A DNA stretch of 64,000 nucleotides. Origin: a virus. Positions within the stretch are counted from its first letter, which is position 1. Every line of letters starts with the position of its first letter. Below, piece after piece: positions 58,388-64,000 of this stretch. A program made the position numbers and the translations under genes. Under the pieces are notes generated by a model. That model saw nothing but the letters and a program-made list of their open reading frames with translations. It was not told the DNA's origin and did no database searches. The stretch covers positions 13,825 through 77,824 of IMG/VR virus record IMGVR_UViG_3300021437_000013. One strand, 5' to 3'.

Positions 58388-58415
58388 AGTATATCATACC
58401 AAGCATCAGAGTCAA
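58388..58415 (-). promoter_or_regulatory. sigma70-like promoter TTGACT-16-TATACT (TG extension)
   Basis: Same TTGACT...TATGATATA layout as 2029-2056. Confidence 0.65.
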
Positions 58416-58421
58416 GAGAAA

Positions 58422-58811
58422 TCATTCTGCAATAAACATCAATACATCACGCATACTCATTTTGCAGTAGTTACAAATGAAAGTAAGGGCTAACTGTTGA
58501 CTTTCCTCTAAAGCTTGAATACTCTTTACCTCTTTAAGGTCTTCTCTAAGTCTTTTAATAGCGGAAATTACATAATGCCTTACGTCACCTGCTTGCTCTT
58601 CATTATCTAAATCAACAGTTTTAACTACACCAGTTACATATGGAAGGTAACCAACCTCAAAGCCTGTCAAGTCACCGAATCTTACTACTTCTAAACCTGA
58701 ACTTTCCAGATTCAATGCTCCGTAGAACTCGATAAGATAACCTGCTTTGTCAGACAAGTCTCTCGCTTTTACTTCGTAAAAAAATGCACTACCGTACCGT
58801 TTTAAAATCAT
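58422..58811 (-). CDS. hypothetical protein
   Basis: AGGAG RBS before MILKRY. Confidence 0.7.
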   Translation of the reverse strand: MILKRYGSAFFYEVKARDLSDKAGYLIEFYGALNLESSGLEVVRFGDLTGFEVGYLPYVTGVVKTVDLDNEEQAGDVRHYVISAIKRLREDLKEVKSIQALEESQQLALTFICNYCKMSMRDVLMFIAE

Positions 58812-58837
58812 TTTAACTCCTATTAGGCTTAAATTGC

Positions 58838-60784
58838 CTACCAATCATTACTTCGCTCTTCTTTTTTCTTTTCTTTTTGTTCTTGTCTAAATTGCTCAAG
58901 TTTCATCTTCTCAACTGGCGTCATACTACGAACCGTTCCAGTGACTCCGTTCCACGATAAATCAGTAGAGAAGAGGCCCCCATGCCTATTTTTCATACAC
59001 TCTATCGTGTAATATTTATCATTTTCAAAAGTGGAAGCAGATGCCCCCGGCCTATAAATCCATAAGATAGCGTTAGCCAATTCCTGAACTGCTGATGAAC
59101 CTTGAATACCACCATATCCACTTAGTGGCTCATTTATTCGTTGATTAGCTTTATTAGGTTGGTTTAAGCTTATAACACATTTTCGTAAATCATTAGCTAT
59201 ACTTTTTAACCCTTGTATTACCGCTTTAGAATGTTCGTTAGAGTCGGCTTTATCTGACCTTGCTAAAGTCATATAATCAACGGCTACAACCTTAATTTCA
59301 CCAAACTGTTTTTCAGCTTGTATAATCCTATCTCTCATATTCTCAACTGTCATACCTGATGAATTAACGAAAATTATCTGGCCGTACTTCTCTGAAATAA
59401 CTCTTGCAAACTCTTCTCTTCTTTCTTCGATTGCATATTGTTCATAAACTTGTTTAGCGGTTAAATTAAACTCTCTTTGAATAATCTTTTGGTAACAGTC
59501 TTGTACTGGCATATCAAAAGTAAAAAAGATTGACCGCATAAACTGCTTACAAAGGTTTTCAAATATCTGAAATAAAAGTGAGCTTTTACCTGAACCGGGC
59601 GAACCAGCTAAAATATACACTCTACCGATTAACATATCTAAAGAATCATCTAACTCTTTAATACCAACCTTTATTCTATTTTTTTCGATATTAGATGCAA
59701 ACTCATGAAACAGTTTATTAACCTCTTGTATGGTAATAATATCTCGTCTCGCCATTGCATATGATGATTCATCTGGTATTAGAGCTTTCATCTTTACTAA
59801 AACTGGTTCAGTGTTATCATCAAAAGTTCCACCCGTCCAAGTAGGACTAAAAACTTGTTTAATAATATTCCACAGTTCTTGTTTTGATTTTCTTTCTTGC
59901 CCCGTACGTCTTGCTTGTTTATCCGCAGAAGCTTTTAGTTTGTAGTATGTATCAGTTTCATCCATCCCTAAAGCTTTGCATCTGGCTGCATAAATTAATA
60001 AAGCTCTGGTTCTTTCCCCGGCATCATACATGCCTTCTTGGAATAGAAAGTTAGTATGTAACATATGGTCAGGCTTTTTAGTCCAATCCACTACAAGATT
60101 AGACATTGTCGCAACCACTTCTGCTTTCAAAACTGGTGTCTTACTCTTCAACTCTTTAAGCTTCTCTGGTAGTTCTGTCACTTTCCATGCTCCTTTTATA
60201 TCTTTATATTCTAAAGAATCCTTAGATGCTTCTTTAATATCATCCATAGTCATAGTATTTAAATCATTAAAAGTAAGAGGGAACTTATACAGTCCACTCT
60301 TCTGATGTTTAGTTAAAGGAATCCTAACAATACGACTTGCATTGTATATCTGCTTATCTAATGTTGGTAATCCTTCACCAATATTCAACACTATATTTTT
60401 CATTTCACTTGGTGTTAATGTCTCTTTTAATTCTACCGCTACATGAAAACCTTTGTTGCCGCTTGTAAAGCATTGAATACTATCCTCAGTGAATCCAGCT
60501 TTAAGTAACCGCTTACTATACTCCCTTGCGTCTTCTAATGCTAAACTAACATCATCCGCACTATCAAAGTCTGCGAACAATAAAGGACTTGTTACATTAA
60601 CTATACCTGTGATAGAGCCAGTTTCTTCAAACTTAGCTTTAGCAGTTTCATCATAATGAAACAGAGACATATAGGAGTCAGTATTTTTATTGAGCTTAAG
60701 TAAAGTGTCATCTAACTGCGTCATAGATATAAGTTTGCCTTTATCATTAAGGCCGTTACAAATTCTTAAAAACTTATTACTCAT
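58838..60784 (-). CDS. primase-helicase (AEP/PrimPol-type primase + DnaB/SF4 helicase)
   Basis: ADFD, TSGNKGFH, R.VRIP primase motifs; GSPGSGKS, VAVDYM, NQ, KNRHG helicase motifs. Confidence 0.9.
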   Translation of the reverse strand: MSNKFLRICNGLNDKGKLISMTQLDDTLLKLNKNTDSYMSLFHYDETAKAKFEETGSITGIVNVTSPLLFADFDSADDVSLALEDAREYSKRLLKAGFTEDSIQCFTSGNKGFHVAVELKETLTPSEMKNIVLNIGEGLPTLDKQIYNASRIVRIPLTKHQKSGLYKFPLTFNDLNTMTMDDIKEASKDSLEYKDIKGAWKVTELPEKLKELKSKTPVLKAEVVATMSNLVVDWTKKPDHMLHTNFLFQEGMYDAGERTRALLIYAARCKALGMDETDTYYKLKASADKQARRTGQERKSKQELWNIIKQVFSPTWTGGTFDDNTEPVLVKMKALIPDESSYAMARRDIITIQEVNKLFHEFASNIEKNRIKVGIKELDDSLDMLIGRVYILAGSPGSGKSSLLFQIFENLCKQFMRSIFFTFDMPVQDCYQKIIQREFNLTAKQVYEQYAIEERREEFARVISEKYGQIIFVNSSGMTVENMRDRIIQAEKQFGEIKVVAVDYMTLARSDKADSNEHSKAVIQGLKSIANDLRKCVISLNQPNKANQRINEPLSGYGGIQGSSAVQELANAILWIYRPGASASTFENDKYYTIECMKNRHGGLFSTDLSWNGVTGTVRSMTPVEKMKLEQFRQEQKEKKKEERSNDW

Positions 60785-60944
60785 TCTCTTTTCTCCCATT
60801 TTCATCTCCCACTAACACAAGATGAGGCTTACCCTTAGTCAAACCTCTATCTTCTAATTCACTTTGTATATATCTGATTTCTTCTAACATCTCTTCTAAC
60901 TGTTTAAACAAAATCCGAGTCTTTCCATGCGATAATAAAGTCAT
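60777..60944 (-). CDS. hypothetical protein
   Basis: GGGAG RBS before MTLLSH. Confidence 0.5.
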   Translation of the reverse strand: MTLLSHGKTRILFKQLEEMLEEIRYIQSELEDRGLTKGKPHLVLVGDENGRKENE

Positions 60945-61239
60945 GTTTATCTCCCCACATATCCTCTTCATCTAAACTTTTATCAGTAATAAAGTCAATT
61001 ACTCCAATATTACTATACAGCTCATTTGAACTGCAATATACCAACATGATAGCATACCATTCGGTATCAAATACTATATTAATCATTGAAGCACTTCTAT
61101 TCTTAACTTCCTTGTTAATCCTATCAACCAAGTCTAATACTTCCGCTTTAGACCGTTTAACTTCAATCTTAATGACGGTATTGCTACCGCCAATAAAATT
61201 TGAATTATCTAACTCTTTGTCATACCATGCTGTAATCAT
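60904..61239 (-). CDS. hypothetical protein
   Basis: GGAG RBS. Confidence 0.65.
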   Translation of the reverse strand: MITAWYDKELDNSNFIGGSNTVIKIEVKRSKAEVLDLVDRINKEVKNRSASMINIVFDTEWYAIMLVYCSSNELYSNIGVIDFITDKSLDEEDMWGDKHDFIIAWKDSDFV

Positions 61240-61241
61240 AT

Positions 61242-61553
61242 CTACTCCGCTGGTAATACTTCTGCCTCTGGGATATGAGCGTTCTTCTCTTGTGCTTCTA
61301 CAGCTTGCATTTGTGCAATCATAATCATTGCATATTTAGCTTCAAGTATTTGCATACCAAGATTACATGCCGTAACTTCTGCTTCACTCTTAAGGTTCAT
61401 TGGCTTCTCAAGTAAAGGGTGTTGCATAATAGTATTGATTACTCTTACTTTAGCTTTAGCACCAAGGCCATTGATAATATTACTAAACTGTGGCACTAAT
61501 GTTTTAAATGTATAAGCAAATACGTCTTCTGGTTTATTTTCTATATTTTCCAT
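61242..61553 (-). CDS. hypothetical protein
   Basis: GAGGAG RBS. Confidence 0.75.
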   Translation of the reverse strand: MENIENKPEDVFAYTFKTLVPQFSNIINGLGAKAKVRVINTIMQHPLLEKPMNLKSEAEVTACNLGMQILEAKYAMIMIAQMQAVEAQEKNAHIPEAEVLPAE

Positions 61554-61555
61554 AA

Positions 61556-61807
61556 TTACTCCTCAATTACTGCATTTACATATGAGATTACAAAGTCAGG
61601 AATCTTATTACGCTTTTCTTCCGCTTGAGATTCTGTAATGACTCCACGAGATACTAATCCGGCTAAATCCTGATCTATCGTCTTCATAAATAATCTAGCA
61701 CCTTTTGGTAATGTGATATCTTTATCAATCTTGATATAGTTACCTTTATCCCCTTTTATTACCTGTCCAATGTAGTTTAAATACTTCTTTTTCTTTGCAT
61801 TTGTCAT
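61556..61807 (-). CDS. hypothetical protein (downstream of ERF)
   Basis: AGGAG RBS. Confidence 0.75.
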   Translation of the reverse strand: MTNAKKKKYLNYIGQVIKGDKGNYIKIDKDITLPKGARLFMKTIDQDLAGLVSRGVITESQAEEKRNKIPDFVISYVNAVIEE

Positions 61808-61849
61808 AAATACTCCTGTTTGTTTATTTGTAAGTAGTAAAACTACTTA

Positions 61850-62353
61850 TTAGATTCCTGTTGATACTGGACGTTTAAAGCTTGCTGTGACAGGTTTTGA
61901 TTCTGCTTTTGGTGCTTCTTGTTTAGCTTGTACAAAAGATTTAGGTTCTTCTTTCTTAAACCCTTCACTTGAAGCGTCATTATCTTCTGTTGGTAAACCT
62001 GTGAGAGCTTGTAATTGGTATCTTTTTAAATAACTTTGCGCTGCGCCTGCTCTTTGTGCAAGATTACAACTCTTCATTTCTGGTATCTCTGTTGAACCTG
62101 TGGAACCTAAGAACTGACCAGATGAATGTAAAAGTAAAGTAGTAACCTTAACCGAGTTAGGTTCACTTTCTTCAATAAGCTGCATAAAAGACAATCCATT
62201 ATTATTTAGTGGTTCTTTCACTGCGTCAATAACCGCTTCAAGGTTGGCGTAATTGTAACCAAAAGCTTTACTTGCTTTCTTTACTCCACTAATTTCAATC
62301 TGTGCTTTCACTAAAGCGGCCGCCAATTCGTTTAATTGTTCTGATTTAATCAT
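61850..62353 (-). CDS. erf: ERF-family single-strand annealing protein
   Basis: Y.YA.L, L...GLSF.Q, T.L.HSSGQ, Q..GAA.SY.KRY.L....GL..ED.DA. Confidence 0.9.
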   Translation of the reverse strand: MIKSEQLNELAAALVKAQIEISGVKKASKAFGYNYANLEAVIDAVKEPLNNNGLSFMQLIEESEPNSVKVTTLLLHSSGQFLGSTGSTEIPEMKSCNLAQRAGAAQSYLKRYQLQALTGLPTEDNDASSEGFKKEEPKSFVQAKQEAPKAESKPVTASFKRPVSTGI

Positions 62354-62525
62354 TTTTCTCTCCTTCTTTTAACTCATTCTTTTTACTCTGAAACAGAGTA
62401 TATTCTAACATTATTAACCCGATGTATATCTTTTGTGCATCAACCAATGGTTCCTTCTGAACCCACAACATAGCTGAAAAACTAATAGCTATTACAATGC
62501 TAAACCAATTAAATAGTTTTTTCAT
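62346..62525 (-). CDS. 59-aa membrane protein (not in ORF track)
   Basis: GAGG RBS; MKKLFNWFSIVIAISFSAMLW...; fills the gap. Confidence 0.55.
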   Translation of the reverse strand: MKKLFNWFSIVIAISFSAMLWVQKEPLVDAQKIYIGLIMLEYTLFQSKKNELKEGEKND

Positions 62526-63429
62526 TTTTAACCTCTACTTTAATGCTATCACGCTCTTCTTTAGTAGTCAAGCCTTTCATATCATCTTTCCAACATAAGC
62601 TGTAGTAATCGCATAACTTGCCGAATGCATAACACTTGTTACGTTCATTCTTCTCAAACTTCTCATCTTTAATATCTTGCACCACTTCGATAAACTCAGA
62701 TATAACTTTATCTTGTAAGTCTTCTGGCACTATATCAACTATAACTTGAGTCTTGAAGTTCTTCTTATTCATTGTTAAAAAACCTGCATGTTTGATACCA
62801 GTGGCATAAGTATACAAGGCCGTTTGATGCTTGGTAAGAACACTATTCTTAGCATATGGACTGCTCGTTGACTTGTTATCCAATATAGCGTGAACAACAC
62901 TACCATCAGCTAATTCAATCTTAGCCTCTAAATCTATTATACCGATAATCTCATCCTCAGTCTCATTACCATCTTCACAGCTTCCTTTTATACTAATATT
63001 CTTTTGAATACTAATAACTTCCTGAATCCTTGGAAGTATTTCAGCATGGTAAACAGTTAGTAGCTTATTGCCTTTCGCTTTTAAAGATAGCCAATTGGCT
63101 CTGTGAGCTTTCTTAGCACCTTCTGGCATACTATCTAAGGCTTCACAATCAGAAGGGCTTAAAAGGCTTATATCAAGGTCTGATGCGAAGTAATCAATAT
63201 TCTCGGCATGTTCATACTTACTCCATCCAGAATCAAATATGTCACACACTGAAAATAATACACCACTTTCTTTATGATGTTCTAATAAATAGTTGAGGGC
63301 ATTATCTAATGCCGAGCCAAAAATTAACGCCGATGACTGTCTAATTGGACGAATCTTGTCAACATAATGAAGCTTGTAACTTCTCTTACACTGACAATAC
63401 TTATCCTTTGCCGATATTGATATCTTCAC
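62509..63429 (-). CDS. PD-(D/E)XK (RecB/Cas4-like) nuclease
   Basis: S.S...Y..C, FGSALD, GIIDL, ILDNKS, Q..LY, C-terminal Cys cluster. Confidence 0.85.
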   Translation of the reverse strand: MKISISAKDKYCQCKRSYKLHYVDKIRPIRQSSALIFGSALDNALNYLLEHHKESGVLFSVCDIFDSGWSKYEHAENIDYFASDLDISLLSPSDCEALDSMPEGAKKAHRANWLSLKAKGNKLLTVYHAEILPRIQEVISIQKNISIKGSCEDGNETEDEIIGIIDLEAKIELADGSVVHAILDNKSTSSPYAKNSVLTKHQTALYTYATGIKHAGFLTMNKKNFKTQVIVDIVPEDLQDKVISEFIEVVQDIKDEKFEKNERNKCYAFGKLCDYYSLCWKDDMKGLTTKEERDSIKVEVKNEKTI

Positions 63430-63656
63430 TAATCTTTATCCATTTCATCAAATACAAGTTCAGCTGCATGAATCTTAAACCCGTCTACAGCGTCAAACTT
63501 ATCATCATAAACTTTATGTAATGTAGCTTTAGCATCTCCATTAGCATTAAATTCAATCTTGTGTAGTTCAAACTTATTACCTTTACGGATTACTCCAATA
63601 GTGGAATGGGTAAACACAACTTCGCTTGAGTCTTCTTTCTTTTCAATCTTTTTCAT
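63429..63656 (-). CDS. hypothetical protein
   Basis: AGGAG RBS. Confidence 0.7.
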   Translation of the reverse strand: MKKIEKKEDSSEVVFTHSTIGVIRKGNKFELHKIEFNANGDAKATLHKVYDDKFDAVDGFKIHAAELVFDEMDKD

Positions 63657-63841
63657 TTCAGTCTCCTAGAGTTAATCATTGCAACTATTGCAAATAAACC
63701 CGATATTATAATATTAATTAATACTTGAACATTTCTATCCCCATCTTTACTATCTACTACCGACATTAAAAAGAATAGTAGCGAGAAGAATAATAGGATT
63801 GATGTTACTCTGTTGACATTGCGTTCTTTATTATATTTCAT
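63653..63841 (-). CDS. small two-TM membrane protein
   Basis: GGAG RBS; ATGA coupling. Confidence 0.65.
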   Translation of the reverse strand: MKYNKERNVNRVTSILLFFSLLFFLMSVVDSKDGDRNVQVLINIIISGLFAIVAMINSRRLK

Positions 63842-63981
63842 TTTCTTCTCCCGAATTTCTTAGCGGCTCTAATAGATAGTACAATCAATGCACCAAACCC
63901 ACAACCTGCTAAAAATAAGAAAGTAAAGAATAAGTAATCATCAAATAGTATATGTAACGCTACTTGTGCAACTGATATCAT
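63838..63981 (-). CDS. 47-aa membrane protein (not in ORF track)
   Basis: AGGAGG RBS; MISVAQVALHILF... Confidence 0.6.
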   Translation of the reverse strand: MISVAQVALHILFDDYLFFTFLFLAGCGFGALIVLSIRAAKKFGRRK

Positions 63982-64000
63982 ATAACCTCCTAAAACTCTA

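Noticed and set aside
62509-63429. Cas4 as evidence of a CRISPR system
   Set aside because: No repeat-spacer array or other cas genes; next to ERF it is best read as a recombination exonuclease.
1-64000. Stop-codon reassignment, tRNA genes, integrase
   Set aside because: Long genes are intact in the standard code with TAA, TAG and TGA all used as stops; no cloverleaf or recombinase motifs were seen by eye.

Overview
A 64-kb segment of an AT-rich (roughly one-third GC, by eye) tailed dsDNA phage with podovirus-type morphogenesis genes: no tape measure, but adaptor, nozzle and ejection-type proteins. The + strand from ~2.5 to 41 kb is the late module: intein-containing large terminase, trypsin-like protease, portal, fibre cassette, scaffold, major capsid, Hef-like homing endonuclease, second fibre, adaptor/nozzle and ejection proteins. 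The - strand from 41 to 64 kb is the early/replication module: HNH nuclease, dNMP kinase, C5 and N4/N6 DNA methyltransferases, phosphoesterase, dCMP deaminase, family-B polymerase, lipoproteins, pentapeptide-repeat protein, primase-helicase, ERF and PD-(D/E)XK nuclease. No tRNA, CRISPR, integrase or obvious endolysin was seen. The most notable signals are non-coding. (1) A conserved 9-mer TAACAACTA precedes late genes (putative late promoter; two targets are leaderless). (2) A ~720-nt densely base-paired, ORF-free region at 182-905 lies directly behind one copy and looks like a large ornate ncRNA. (3) ACGGCC/GGCCGT is about 10-fold enriched genome-wide while GATC is depleted. (4) The scaffold and capsid leaders share an RNA hairpin motif. 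(5) A structured locus at 2065-2446 resembles a type I toxin-antitoxin module. All counts and pairings were made by eye and need computational confirmation.
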